The notes under the pieces were generated by a model. It did no database searches. It was not told the DNA's origin and was given only the letters and a program-made list of their open reading frames with translations. Of a stretch of DNA of 64,000 bases, positions 24,989 to 39,195 are shown piece after piece; the first letter of the stretch is position 1; the number at the start of each line of letters is the position of its first letter. The stretch spans positions 41,044,001-41,108,000 of the forward strand of contig CM114271.1 of the NCBI GenBank assembly GCA_050084515.1, given 5' to 3'. The stretch is from Blasia pusilla. Its lineage: Eukaryota. The position numbers were made by a program, and so were the translations under genes.

Positions 24989-27900
24989 ATGGGAGGAGAC
25001 GATTGCGACGGGCTTCCACCCTTAAAGCGAATGAAGTTGTCTCTTTGTACGACGAAAACCGTGCCCGAGGAAACGTCTCCCGTATTTCCCACGGGGTTGG
25101 CCCCAATGGCCAGAGACTTACCATCTTCTGATGGAGAAACGTTAGGTAGTAAGGGGCAGATTAGGAAGTTAGAGTTCGTTAGAATTATAACGCAAGCCCT
25201 TTTCTCTCTTGGCTTCCAGAAAGCTGCTACTGCCTTAGAAGAGGAGTCTGGAATCCCCCTTCAATCACCTGTAATTACACAGTTCCGGCATGAAATTTTG
25301 GATGGTAGGTGGGACGAAAGCGTCGCCACTGTGAACAAGGTGGCCCCATTGGACCCCGAAACTTTGAAGTCAGCTTCTTTTCTCATATTGCAGCAAAAGT
25401 TTTTGGAGTTGCTCGACGCTGGAGACACGATTGGGGCCCTGAAAGCGTTAAGAACAGAAATATCACCTTTGCAAATAAACACCCAAAGGGTGCATGAACT
25501 TGCGAGTTGGGTGATATGTCCTTCTAGAGAAGAGCTCATGGAGAAGGCCGAGTGGAGAGGGGCTGGTGTGGACTCACGACTACGTCTCCTGGAGGAACTT
25601 CAGGAACTTCTTCCACCCTCAGTTATGATTCCCGAGAAGAGGCTAGAACTTTTGGTTGACCAGGCTCTTACAGTACAAAGGGAGGCTTGCTTGTTCCACA
25701 ATTCTCTGGATGCGGCTCTCTGTCTGTACACAGATCATCGTTGTGGTCGTGATCAGATACCGACTAAGACCCTTCAGGTAATTATTTGTTCGCACTTGGA
25801 CACTTGTTTACGAGTATGTCAACACTCTGCACGGATGTATACGTATGTGCGTTATGGTCACAATTTTTCCACATTTCAAGGCTCTGTGTCAAAACTATTT
25901 CCCTCGCGGTTGGGGTATTTCAACCCTCGGCATGTCTTCCTTTGCTTATGGATAGTGAGGGTTACAACCTAGCTACAACGCAACGTCTCCTGCCTCACAG
26001 GGGGTCTGTTGTTTGGGAACTTTTATTTTGGGCTTCTTATTAGGCTGTATATGCAAGTTGCGGAAAGTGATGGCTTTGAAAGTCGATTGGACAATACATT
26101 TGTAATATGGTGTTGTAGTTGCTTTCGTATATGCTTACTTTGGATCGAACTATCATCCTAGGTGCTCCAAGCTTTCTCCTATCCTCTTCTGCTTGTGGAA
26201 ATATGTAGGAGTACAATGCCTGTAACGGGAACCTGAGTTTTTTTGTCGTAGAGACTGCTCTTGAGTGAGTGTGTTGGATGTAGAGTGGATTGCATGTGTT
26301 TCCACTGGAAAGTTTACTGTGCAATTAATAGAACGTCCTGTTAAAAGGTTTTTCGTGGCATTGGTTTTTTAAACCTTTGTGGTTTTACGGGAGAGTGAGG
26401 TCCTAGCATCAGTTTTGCAGATGACTTTTTAGATGATTATAGACGAGTTTGAGTGTTATTAGTTGTACACAAGTCACTGAAGTGTTAGGGTTTTCAACCT
26501 TGACAGAACACTGGTCAATGGGATTAGTGGCTTCTTTAGAAAAGCATTTGGATTACTCAAAATTGTGAGTTTTTTTACTTCACCCTGCGGGAAGTGACGA
26601 AGAGGTATTGTCCTAACGAGAGTTAGTGTGTGGGTCCACTCTTCTGTATTGTGTGGAGGGTATCACTTGGATTCTTTAATTCTTGCGGCAATTGACCCTG
26701 GAAGTTGGAAATGTGGCATCCATGTCAAGGTTTGTCTAAAAGACATTTGGGTTGATTATACACTTGACTAGTCGAATGACTTGCAGATTAGGTTTTCTGT
26801 CGTATCAAGACTACCAATAGATATTAAGATGTAGCTGGGAATTAGGTGCTGGCATTTCTCTCATTGAATCTTTTCTGGAAAGTGCAATTTTCTGCACCTC
26901 CTCTCCACAAAGCAGTGGGAATCTATAATGTCATCTTTGTATTATTATTTTGCTGCTTGGTATGTGAAATTCTGAATTTGAAGTTCAATCACGTCCATTC
27001 GTAGTGCTTCAAATGTTGGTGTTCACTCAGGTACACATCTGTCCCTTTCTAACATGGGTTCTATATTTTGGGAAATCTGTGGACATGTAATACAGGTTCT
27101 GGAGGCACATGAGAACGAAGTTTGGTTTCTGCAGTTTTCTCATGATGGAAAGTATCTGGCATCAGCTTCTAAAGACCTTTCTGCCATTATATGGGAGGTA
27201 TACAAGCCAGATTCCTTCTATTACTTCCTCTGTTATGCCTTAATAGATAGCTATGACATTGTGAACTTTACTTTGTTGGGGGGACTCATACAGCTCTGGA
27301 GAGCATTCCTGCTTGGTTTGTTCATTTCTCATTCATGATTCTCATGCCTACTTGTGTTCATGCTCACCTGTACTTGCTAAGGAAGTGTAGTTTCTAGATG
27401 GAGCCAGCTGACTCTTGAGAATTGGCAGGTTGTACGAGAGGATTTCTTCCGGGTCAGTCACACTCTCAGAGGACATACAAAGCCCGTTTCTTTTGTAGCT
27501 TGGAGTCCAGATGACACCATGCTGCTCACATGTGGGAATGAGGAAATTGTGAAGCTTTGGGATGTGCAAACTGGGGAATGCAAGCATACATTTGACAAAC
27601 AAAACAGTTGTTTCAGTTCATGTGCTTGGTTTCCAGATGGCAGGAGATTTGTATCTGGTGGAAGTGACAAGTGCATCTACATATGGGATTTGGAAGGTAA
27701 AGAGATAGATGCATGGAAAGGCACACGGATGCCTCGAATCAGTGATGTTGCTATCACCCAAGATGGAACACACTTGGTCAGTATCTGTGCCCCTAAGGAT
27801 ATTCGAATCTACAATCTGGAGCGGAAGGTAGATAGAGTCATTGAGGAGCAGGATCCGATAACATCACTGTCAGTCTCCAAGGATGGCAGATATGTACTTG

Positions 27901-29041
27901 TGAACCTTGTGAGTCAAGAGATTCATCTATGGGACATTACTGAGGATGACAAAACAAGTAAACCCTTCAAGTATAAGGGGCACCGCCAAAGTCGTTTTGT
28001 GATTCGCTCTTGCTTTGGCGGGTCTGACCAAGCTTTCATTCTCAGTGGAAGTGAAGATTCTCAGGTGTGCACTTCCCCACCATGTTTATTGCTTATGTAG
28101 ATGTTACAGCTTCACTGTCACAAGTCTCTCAGCGAATCTATAAAATATGAATACGAAAAGATTAGCATGTGTTTGACTTGTGTTCACCTAATGCAGGAAA
28201 ACGGTACTTTCTGAAAATCCTATATATCATTGGGATTCCTGGAGTCTGTTGATGAAATATGACCTGAAATTTTAACTTAGCTTTGGAACAGTCTTACATA
28301 AACTGCTTGCCTAGAGGGACATATAAAGACATAGAAGTGTCACAAATTTGCTGTGCTACTCCCCTCTAAATTTTACTCTGTTCTCATTTGTTGGCAAGTC
28401 ACAAGTCTGGTCACCACAGAAGTATCTTGTATGTTTGCACATTTATGGCTTCACTTGAGAGATGAAATGCTTGTGACCCCTCTTCTTTGAGAAGTAGTGT
28501 CCAGGTCTTAGTCATGCCTTCAGTTGCTTCGATTGGGAAGCTCATACACCCTTACTATCAGCTTGTCACATACTGGGACTTTGTTCTCTGCGTCTCTGTT
28601 TACAAAAGAAAGTACAATTTTAATCTTCTGATAATACTTTGGTTAGGTGTCTGCTGGATTCAAATCTCCAATCAACGAGACATAATTATCTGCGAGGGTG
28701 AACTCAAGGGTTTATGGAAGTGCTGATGTGTGATAATTAGTTTCTCAGAAACTTCTAAAAGGAGTTGTTGAACTGTGCAGGTTTATCTATGGCATAGGGG
28801 TAATGGTGAGCTTTTAGAAAAATTGCCTGGTCACTCGGGGACAGTGAATTGTGTCAGCTGGAATCCAGTCAATCCACACATGTTCGCTTCAGCTAGTGAT
28901 GATCACACTATCCGAATTTGGGGTTTGAACAAGAGTCAGAGTCCTGCTAGAAGCAAGGGTAGCTGTTCTAGTAATGGTGGGATTGACCACCTTGTAAATG
29001 GTGGGACACGTGAGCTAATGGAAAAGCTTAGACCTTTCTAA
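24989..29041 (+). CDS. WDR26: WD repeat-containing protein 26 / GID7-like (LisH-CTLH-WD40; CTLH E3 ligase subunit), ~595 aa
   Basis: Exons 24989-25777, 27096-27197, 27429-28064, 28781-29041, all GT-AG and phase 0. LisH ([28 protein letters not shown]), CTLH ([14 protein letters not shown]), [20 protein letters not shown], and WD repeats ([74 protein letters not shown]). Confidence 0.95.
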
Positions 29042-31379
29042 GACCGCGTAGTTTCCTATCTTAGCCACTGGGTCAACCACCTGTCTCATCATTCTTTGTT
29101 GTATGTGTAAATAATCCTCATCATTGATTTTAGAGGGGCATAACTTATTGCTGTTCAGGTGCTGTATATGTCAGTTTGTATGGTGTCCCATCTTTCACTC
29201 GGCATTTTATGCCCTCATCCCTGAATAGTGGAAGTTACTGGTCACTAGGGCACCTCCACTGAAGGCACATTATAACATTGGTGGGATGGGCAGGAGGACT
29301 ATTGGTGTACTGACTCCATGGTGTTTAATCCTCATAGGTTAGGGCATTGTGGGGATGGAGTAATGTTAACTTGGTTACTGTACATCTGAGTCGTCCTTCC
29401 GGGTTTGAGGAGGATCAACACACGTGTGATGGTTAATTATTCCCCAAGATGTGTTTGAGGTTATCAAGGAGTCTTTGATATAAGTCCTGGACACTGATAG
29501 TTTTGTTTGGACACAACTGTCTTTATGAAACCATGAAGAGAATCATCAGGATTCTGGATATGTGAGCTAATTATATGAGCTAAGTTCACACCTGGAAATG
29601 TTGGGGGAAAACTCTTGCTTGGACAGGCCAGAGCAGGAAGGTCACCCGAGAGTGTACGAGCATGTTGGAACCACTGGTTGACTGGAGTGTGCCTGTGTGG
29701 CCATGATCCAATGACAGTCACATTGTCTCTTGTTCAAATTCCAATTCTAATAGTAGATATTCTTTACAGGTCAACACAACAGGAAGTCAGTAGAGTCCTC
29801 ACTTTTAGCTTTTGTACATTTGACTCCTTAATTTGATTAGTGGCTGTTAAAAATTGCTGATTATGTTCTATAAAATGCTTGCCCCTGTACAACAAATCTG
29901 AAGGTTAGCTTACACTTAGAGTACCCAATTATCCCTTCTGCTTATTTGCATCTAACCCTCTTGCATGCTTGAGATCTGTAGATTGTCTAAAACGTTTAGC
30001 TTATTTTGACCGAGTCAGGAGAAGGATGGCAATCTTGCACTCAGAGGCATGCAATTTCTTCCTTCTTCCGAGGTGATCATGTCATGCGGAGGATAGGATT
30101 GCCTGCACAAGTATGGGATGATGATATCAATGACATTTATTTTACTGTACTGCCCCACTTGCGGATGTGTTTGTCGTGCCCTAATTGCTAGATGCCTCTT
30201 ACACTAAATCAGTCCTTCCCCCACTGCAAACAGTTGGCAAGGTCCCCTTCAAGTCCCACCTTCAAGGCATCACACCACTTCAAGTCCCACTTGTGTTGAA
30301 ACCACTTTAAGTCCCACTAGCACAACAGAGTTGGAAGCAAATAGCATATGGAGTGCCTGGGACCAGGAACTTGGTAATGATGTTTTCTATCACACCTATT
30401 TGGTGTCGACGTCAGGTGAAAGCAAGCTGTGGTAATTGGAAAACAGTGTCCGCCAGCCCGAAATTCATACCTGTAGGATCTTTAGTTTACGAATGGGGCC
30501 ATATTTGTCATCGATTGGCCCAAAATCTGGTGTGGAGAGTGGTTACAGGATTGTCTACCTCCAAACTCGAGGCACTAATAAGAATAGTGGAATCATTAGA
30601 TAATTAGGGATGTTAACCATATACAGCCTCGGATTGTGCTAGTGATTCCTGCTTGCGATGGGTGCGTGCATGAGTCGAAAATGGAAGCAGACTGTACCTG
30701 AGCAGGTCTCGGTCCACTTTCATTTACGTAATCCCCTGATCTCGCCTACCAGCCGAGATTAATGTGTGAAATGAATTAATGCTTGTTTCTACACATGCCG
30801 GGCTTGCCTGGTGCGTCTTAAAGCCAGAGATTAAAACCCCATTTTGGTAGCTTTTGTACGTTTGATGAGCTACTTAAGTTCCAAAAGTTGGAATTCTATT
30901 TGTGATGCATAGTTCAGTTCCTTATCCTATTACAAAGTCTTAGTGCTTCAGGGGGAGTTTGAAGGTGGACTTCAATTAATTATGCTTTTTGATACAGATG
31001 ATCTTCCTGGTATATTTGATCACTTCCTGATTATCCTAAACATAATTAGACGGAAAGAGACTTAGGGTAAAGGAAAGAGAAGGATCGAGAAGCTAAAACC
31101 ACAGACCACCGAATGAAAATATTTCTTGGCGAAGAGTATCTACTTGATGAAATATACACGAAGACAATTCTAACCCTTGGACAGGCAATTAAATGTGAAC
31201 AAATCTGGGGAAAACTGCATCCGGTGGAAACAGCACATGTTGCTAGAGCTTAAAAGTCTTTGTCCATGCTGTGAGAGGAAATTTTACGATCCGTTCTGTC
31301 CATTTTATGTCATGCCACGTGATAGGGCTTGTCTTGAATATTTCATGGTTTCCTTTTGTCAGCGTTAAGCTTGGAATAG

Positions 31380-31665
31380 TTGTGGAAGAGGAATGAGATT
31401 ATGAAAATTGCCATTTGGCCATCAAACTTGAAGCATAAAAATAGGTGAGCTGACGTCAACCTTTCCTTTAGTAATTCCTAGTGCATCTTGTTATGGATGA
31501 TTGCCCACAACCCATATTGTGATTGTGGAAGAGGAATGAGATTATGAAAATTGCCATTTGGCCATTAAACTTGAAGCATAAAAATAGGTGAGCTGACATC
31601 AACCTTTCCTTTAGTAATTCCTAGTGCATCTTGTTATGGATGATTACCCACAACCCATATTGTGA
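31380..31665. repeat. Recent tandem duplication, 2 x 143 bp
   Basis: Units start ttgtggaagaggaatgag at 31380 and 31523. Only three differences were seen, all transitions. Confidence 0.95.
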
Positions 31666-31681
31666 ATATCATGTATGCGAG

Positions 31682-31918
31682 TTCACATATATAAGGTTTA
31701 GCATAGGTATGACTACAAAATTTTGATATTGTGCATAGGTATGACTACAAAATGTTGATATTTAGCATAACTCACATCTCATTAAGGTTGAGGTTAAATA
31801 GAATACAACCTAGTGTCTTCACATATAAGGTTTAGCATAGGTATGATTGCAAAATGTTGATGTTTAGCATATTCACATCTCAGAAAGGTTGAGGTTAAAT
31901 AGAATACAACTTAGTGTA
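31682..31918. repeat. Second tandem duplication (~100-135 bp units, with an internal ~32-bp duplication)
   Basis: ttcacata(ta)taaggtttagcataggtatga...aaggttgaggttaaatagaatacaac.tagtgt occurs twice; gcataggtatgactacaaaat is duplicated inside the first unit. Confidence 0.85.
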
Positions 31919-32294
31919 TGACATCATTCCTCTTTGTTTGTCCATAAAGAGACACTCGACTTAACCCTTGCAAAGTTGGAGACTTAGGTAGGGTCTCCAA
32001 GATAGAACAAGTCACACATCCCACAAAATTGAGTCAATTAAGTTGGATGGAGGTATTTAGTGGTCCAAATCTCCCTTTGTGCATAGTCGCTCCCTCGGGA
32101 ACCTCATCCCTTGACTTTTCACTACTCTCCCTAAATGGTTCGTTGAAACAGTAGGATGTTGATTAATTCTTCAAGGTAATCCCTAAATGAATTGCTTACA
32201 ACCTCATACATGACAAACATGAGTGATCGTAAGCTCAGGATAACTAGTCACTATCGAGGAGGGAAAGTAAGGGTCCCTCCCCTTCTATATATAC

Positions 32295-32513
32295 CAGGGT
32301 TGTATATGAATAAATTCCATATCCGCAAAAATTTCCATGTCCATGGGGGCCTAATTGTGAATCTTGGCGGGCCACGCCACGAGTGCGGGCGCTGTTAGCT
32401 TGGGTCTATGTTGTGGGCTCCGTGTGAGCTCCCCACAAGCTCGGATGCAGGGTCTAGTGCAAGCCGGGTATGTTCGTCCCATGGACGGACTTGTCTGTTT
32501 TGGAGCAACCTTG
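32295..32513. mobile_element. hAT-type MITE
   Basis: Ends cagggttgta...gcaaccttg. The 8-bp flanks atatatac/atgtataa match 6/8. Internal catggacggac and gggctc motifs are shared with the other copies. Confidence 0.65.
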
Positions 32514-32722
32514 ATGTATAATTCTTGAGTTATCTTGGAAACCCCAATTCCTAGATAACCTCTCTCGTGCACTTATAGATTATGACACAATATACATTGT
32601 TATCACCGTCCATACACATAAAATACCAAATCCAACATATAATCATTGAGTCCAACACAAATGCAATTATATACTTAAATATCTCTAATAAAATGGAAAT
32701 TATCTCATAACTGTATTTCTTT

Positions 32723-32728
<6 letters not shown>

Positions 32729-32810
<82 letters not shown>

Positions 32811-32936
32811 AGATTCCATATCCATTGTCCATGAGATCTCCAGTATCCTATTTTCAGCTTCTCTGAATCTTGGATAAGATGGGTGGAAGATTCGTACACT
32901 TAGAACCAGAGGGATCATCACATGAGGGCTTGAGAG

Positions 32937-33015
<79 letters not shown>
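32729..33015. repeat. Inverted pair of compound microsatellites (CT)n(AT)n ... (AT)n(AG)n
   Basis: 32729-32808 and 32939-33015 are near reverse complements, separated by ~130 bp of unique sequence. Confidence 0.9.
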
Positions 33016-33017
<2 letters not shown>

Positions 33018-33019
<2 letters not shown>

Positions 33020-33316
33020 ATGACTACTCTAATAGTATATATGGTTCCTCAAATGAATTCTAAATCAGCCCAAAACAGGGGTTAACCTTGAAAGGAGTCA
33101 TTTTACATGATTTCCATACCATTAAGATGATGTGGAAGAAATAATACATCCATTCTTGTGACATGAACAAGATGATAAGACAACTTGATAGATGATGTGG
33201 ATGAATGATATGGACTTAAAAACAAACAAAATTATTCATAATTGTGTGCACATGGTTATGCTAACTACCTACCCAATCATTTATTGTGTGACCACATACC
33301 ATTAGAGTAGTCATTT
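33018..33316. mobile_element. MITE-like element with ~26-bp terminal inverted repeats
   Basis: Left end aaatgactactctaatagtatatatggt; reverse complement of the right end aaatgactactctaatggtatgtggt. AT-rich and non-coding. Confidence 0.6.
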
Positions 33317-36300
33317 CATGACCAAGATATTCAACACGTGTCGAAAACTATACAGTATCCAATTATATAATAACATATTTGGAAATATTTAATAGTGGGG
33401 AGATTTATATTACTCCACAATAGAGTCATATCATGAGGTTATTTCTTTGATGTAACGATTGAGAATGATCATTTTAGTCATTACCAATAACTTATGATGT
33501 CTTGCATTATGACTATGCGCATCTCCGAATTATAATTTGCGGTATTTTTTGGGTACTAGTATGAATGAGGGATTCATTGATGTATGACCAAGAGGTTATA
33601 TCAAGTGCAATAGTGAGTGTGATATTATCGCACGAGTAATAAAATTATTAAAAGTTTGGAATTTGAATCTTTTGTTATGACTCACTTAGTAGCAAGATGG
33701 GATTGGTCTCATACTTTGTAAAGCATTGTTTATTGGTAGTTCCTTGATCAATGAAAAAAATCTATTAAGCTCAATATTTTAGGGATTCGAGATACTAGTT
33801 AATACAACACAAAATGTTGCAAAGTGTCATGTCCCAACATGGTCCCACAACTGGTCCATGATCCTTGCGATCCACACATGGTGTTATGCTAGCTGACATC
33901 ACTTGTGCAACATGGTCCTTACCAAACGACACAACATCTACCATTGGTTGGTCCTCTTGCAAGTTACCAACCTCACTCCCCATTGAAGAGTGCAATGCAA
34001 AAATCAGAACTGCATGTTGCTATATACCATTCACATCGCCAATCATATGCACTAGAAAGTAACTCATCCCACCATAAGTTGATTTCCAATTGAGCCGATA
34101 AAACTCATGTATGGACTTTTCGGCCGTTTTTGTGGAGTTTTTTCTTGCCCCTTGCAGCCTTGAACGTAACGCTCCATCCCTCCACTTACCCCATGTGTCC
34201 GCCTGCACATGCTCTTTTTGCCAACCTCTCCCTCATCCTCCAATCTCATGCCTCATGATAACCTCGTTTACCCATAAAGAACAAGCCATAGAAGTATGGT
34301 CGTACTTGAATAGCGCATTCAAAAGCTCATCAGAACCGTCTGTTTTGTGATTCATGAGTTTTTTTTTCCCCTTTGCATGACCCAAAGGCCATGGACATGT
34401 CCACACTAGTTTGTACTAAGAACAATCTTGTCCATTTTTTTTCAACCTTTGCTCATTTAAAAGCTGAAATGATCCCACATTATTTGAAAATATAGAATTG
34501 TCTTATATCTGACTTTGCAAGAAAAATGTCTTTTCCGTTTTCGATTTAGGAAGCAAGAAATTCCCCTTCCCTATCCCAATCTCCAATTCTCATATTCTCC
34601 TCTCATTTAGACTTGGCCTTAAATTTTGTGAGATAGATAGCTAAATTCTGCTGAAGCCCATGTGAAAGTAATTTACGCGCTTTGCATGGTGAGAAAGAAC
34701 CTTACAAAGCAAAAGGCTTAGTTTCTTATCAATCTTATTATGGACCCATACTGGTAGAATGAAAACAAAGTATTTTCGTAACATGAGTGAAAGAAACATA
34801 TTTGTTCTGGCCAGATGTCTAATGAGCTCAAAGGAATGTAGGATCCGCATCATCAACACGCGTACACGCGTCCTTTTCGCGGCTTGCTTCCCCCGAGGAA
34901 TGCATGGACTCGACCCATGGACGGGCCGATGAAGGTGATCCTGTCAGAACAATTTTGGTGTAGCTGGCTGGCGACACGTTTAGGGTTAGCACGCGGAAAC
35001 TAGGCTCGTCAGCATTGCGATTTTTGATGCGGGTGGTCTTACTTGACGTATTTTGGACATGCGCAGGCTATTAATGAGGCTAAGGTTCGTAAACCCGCAA
35101 TTCCAGCGGCGACGGATCGGACGGTGGGCTAGTCTCCAAAGTCCAGAGGCTGCATGGCAGGAATCCGACCATCTGCTCAAAGAATCTGTGCACATGGTTC
35201 GGCCCCAGGGAGATGATGTATTTCGTTGACGCGAAAGACGAGGATCATAACGCCTCCGAAATCTGGTATTTATAGTTTTATCACTGGTTGAGATCGATCT
35301 CCTATTCTTGTTGTCCGCGAGCCGCGGCTCGTTGCACAGTTCGCACACCCGACCAATTTAAGGTGACAGTCGGATGATGGCGTTAAGTTCAGGAGGAAGA
35401 GGCGGAGAGGGTTGCAGACGATTTAATTACGCGATCCGTGATCTCTTACGGGAAAGGTTTGACGATGAGTTTCTAGGGCTTCACGGGACGGAATGGCAGC
35501 CACAGATACCCGAAGAAATTGGGATACGAGGGCTTTCGATTCCTGCCTAGAGTCTCCGTTGGATGTTTCGACTGTCGTGCTAAGAAATTGTGCACCTCGC
35601 AACTACCGCTCAAAGGAAATCTCCGTCCGGTCCTTTCGTGGTCTGCGGACGAGTGGTCGTAATCTAGACGACTACTGGAATTACCACCAAGAGAGTGCTC
35701 TCCTTCCAATTGCATTTATTGCTCTAAGGCAGCAAGCGGGCCCGACCGGCCTCCATTGCACCAATAATGTTACAAAAAGTTTATGAAGAGAATCGGCTGA
35801 TGCAGAAGTGACGTGCCTATCTGAGGCAAACAATTTTAGAAGAACGCGGGAATGAAGTCTAGACTACCCAATCTCACGAGTCTGTTTTCCAAGGGAGAAT
35901 ACAGAAACCTTTCATATGTTGTACTGAACCACTAAAAAACTGACCTTAGAACAGTGGTTAGCTCGGATTTCAATCATGTGAGAGATGGATCTCCATACTC
36001 GAGGAGCTTTCGAGTTGGTGTGCTGACTGATTACTTCCGCGTCGGAGTGAATCAAGATCGATCGAAACCTCGAGGAGGCAGGAGGTTCCAAAGTTAAACC
36101 TCGTACGCAATCAGGAGCCTTGGTGAACCCTGCTGTTATTCAAGGATCGTATTTCCGGCAACCATCCCACCCTCCGCAACTCAATCCACAATATAGGATA
36201 TGGGCTGACCCTATACTGTGACTCCGAAAATCCTCGTACAGTAGTTGTATTGTTTACCAACTCTTCAGATCTTCCTCGGGAACCGTCAAAACACTTTCCT

Positions 36301-36567
36301 CTACTCTTGAAGGCCACCCTTTTGTTGGTACAACGGATCCTGCAGTTTCGCTCCTTGGCTCCTCCAACAAATTACCTGAGGAAGGACCCCTCAGAATCCT
36401 CCATCTGCAGGGATCACCAATTCCCCGGATCCTGATGACGGAAGAAAATAGCGCAATTCCAGGAAATTAATCTTCCGCTCGTAACTCATGCCGGAATTTC
36501 AGAGCATGGAACAGACGTGCTGGTGGTAGTTTCAGTTGACTTGAGTGAAGAACCTCCGACCTCTCCA

Positions 36568-39195
36568 TTAAGAGTGTTGTTCAAACGTTCGAGTAGGAGT
36601 GCGTGATTCAGAGTATGGAGACAACTCCGATGGATTTTCGACGTAGGAAGTAGGCGCCTCAATATCGTCCTTCGACTTCTCCGCAGATGTGTCATACGCT
36701 GATCTTGATGTATCATCTCCATTATCGTTGCCACTATCAGAGAGTGGCCTGACATCTTCCAGCATCTTGACGACTTGATCCATTGTCGGTCTTTGATCCG
36801 GAACATGAGTTACACACTGCATAGCGACTTGCAGCATTTGCACCATCTCTTCCTCGATGTTTTGATACCTCATCAGCTCAAGGTCGAACACTTCAGCAGT
36901 CCACTCTTCCCGCACCACAGACTGCACCCATCTAGGCAAATCAATGCCTTCGTCATTCAAAGTAGCCTGAGTTGGAGCTTTCCCAGTAAGTAGCTCCAAC
37001 AGAAGCACACCGAAGCTGTAGACATCTGCCTTTGTGGTCACCTTCCGCGTCTCCACGACTTCCGGAGCTCGGTATCCAACAATCCTTGAAGCGGCCGCAG
37101 TCGAACTGAGAAGTTGTGCAAGTCCGAAGTCAGAAACACACGCCTCCAGATCCCTCGTGAGTAGAACATTCGAGGATTTGATATTTCCGTGGGTGAAGTT
37201 ATGCTCGCTGTGAAGGCACGCAAGGCCGCGGGCAGCTCCCGTGGCAATACGGACACGCGTAATCCAGTCCAGCGGCGTGCGCGAACCGCCTTTGGTGCCT
37301 GAGGAGAAACTCAAGGCAGACAACGACAAAACATGATGAGTAAGACCTTCCATGAGCGTTATTCTCCGGGATAGCACATGTCTTACACATGACCAGCTGG
37401 TAGGAAATTCCGAGCCTTACGAGCAAACTCGCATTTCGACCAAGGCCATTTGTGAGACTGCAAGTCTCTCAGACGACCCCAGAAAGGTTCTACGGGCAAA
37501 ATGTCAGGAGGAAGACGGCCGGACTTCCAGCATTACGATGCGGACGGAGCCGGAAATTGAATGTGGCTTCTTAGAAGTAAATGATGCATAAGACAGCAAC
37601 ATTCGCTGCAATGAACGCTGAGAAAGCTCGGCTTCGATTACCCAGATCAAACCGCAATAGTGATGAGACGGCGTCGGGTTAGTGGGAAACCGCAACGCAG
37701 TAAGCAATGCAAAGCAGCGATTGAAGTTCGAGGCTACATTCAGCGCTTTCCAACTGTGGATAGATCATTGCTTGCTCTTCCCAGTGCACATGCAGACAAG
37801 TCCCGCACTGTGGGCAGAGGCAATCGAAATAATGCAAGGAGAACAGTGGACAAGAACTCAAGTAAGAGAAAACGTACCGTGGAGCAGCGATGACAGGCTA
37901 CCAGAGGGCATGTAGTCATATACGAGAAGCTTTTCATCTTTGGAGAAATAGTAGGCCCGGAGGGGTATCAAATTTCGGTGATGCAATCTTCCGATATAAT
38001 CGATTTGCGCTTCGAAATCTTTCTTCGTGGTAGTCACATCCTTCAGGCGTTTCACGGCAACTATGCTTCCGTCTTCAAGCACTGCCTTGTAAGCCGTACC
38101 GACACTGCCCTTGCCCAAAACCTCTGCGGAGGCTCTTAAGAGATCCTCCAAGTCGAATGTGTAACGCTTGCCCTCAAAGAAAACCAACTTACTACGCTCG
38201 GGCTCCTGCATTGAGCTGGAGTACTCATCCTTAGATTCCTCTGTCTTTCCGAGTCCTGCCTCACCTTTGGGGGACTTCGCAGCCTTGCGGCCTTTCCGTC
38301 TGAAGTAGCACAGTATGCAAACGACGGTCAGCAGAAGAAGTAAAGCAGCATCTCCTACGACAATGGCGACAATGGCTCCGGTGCCAAGCTTATTCTTCTT
38401 CTGCTTCCCGGGATCAGGCCCTCTACTGGATGGGCCAGTTTCTCCCTCCGATGGTGCAGGTGCAGGGGGGAGTAAAAGAGTTTCACAGGTTTCGTTTGTC
38501 GGAGGCCCGCAGATGGCCAGGTTTCCTACGAAGCTGCTTGGGGGGAAAGATTGCAGGGATACAGGAATGGGACCGGACAAGTCGTTGTTAGCTACACTGA
38601 ACGAAGTGAGGGAAGGAAGAGTGATGTTGGGAATATCTCCAGACAATCGGTTGTCTTGCAGAAAAATGGTCTTCACGAAACCGAGTCCGCTGAGAGATGG
38701 CGGAATGCTACCGTTGAATCTGTTGTTTGCGAAGTTCACGTGGACGAGGCGGGGCCAAGCTGAAAAATTAGATGGCAAGGGTCCAGTGAACTCGTTGTTT
38801 TGGAAGTAGAGACTCTTCACGTGGAGGAGATTGGGCAAGTCGTAAGGAAGGCTCCCGAACAACCTGTTAGAGTGCAAACTGATTACACGAATTTGGTCAA
38901 GCTGTCCCAATGTATCAGGAGGAATCGTGCCGTTTAACACCTGTCCTGGGAGACGAAGTTCCCACACCCGACTTAGACTGTCACAAGCCACCCCTTGCCA
39001 GGAACAACCGGAGGTGTTAGCTGCTCCCCAGTCGGACAATCTGTTCAGCGGATCAACAGCTTCTTTGAAGGCGAGGAGCGCTTGCGTGTCCGAGCTCGCG
39101 TCTCCTCCATGCGAGGGAACTACCACGCCGAGGGAGAGGAACAGTACCATTGCCATCCAAACTCGCCACTCTGAACGCTTCCTGAACTTCCACAT
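36568..39195 (-). CDS. LRR receptor-like kinase, LRR-III subfamily (At2g26730/RLK902-like, probably catalytically atypical), ~682 aa
   Basis: Exons 37878-39195 and 36568-37298 (phase-1 GT-AG intron at LLH|G). Signal peptide, CSWQGVAC cap, ~5 LRRs, TM helix ([23 protein letters not shown]), [37 protein letters not shown], catalytic loop [35 protein letters not shown]. Confidence 0.95.
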
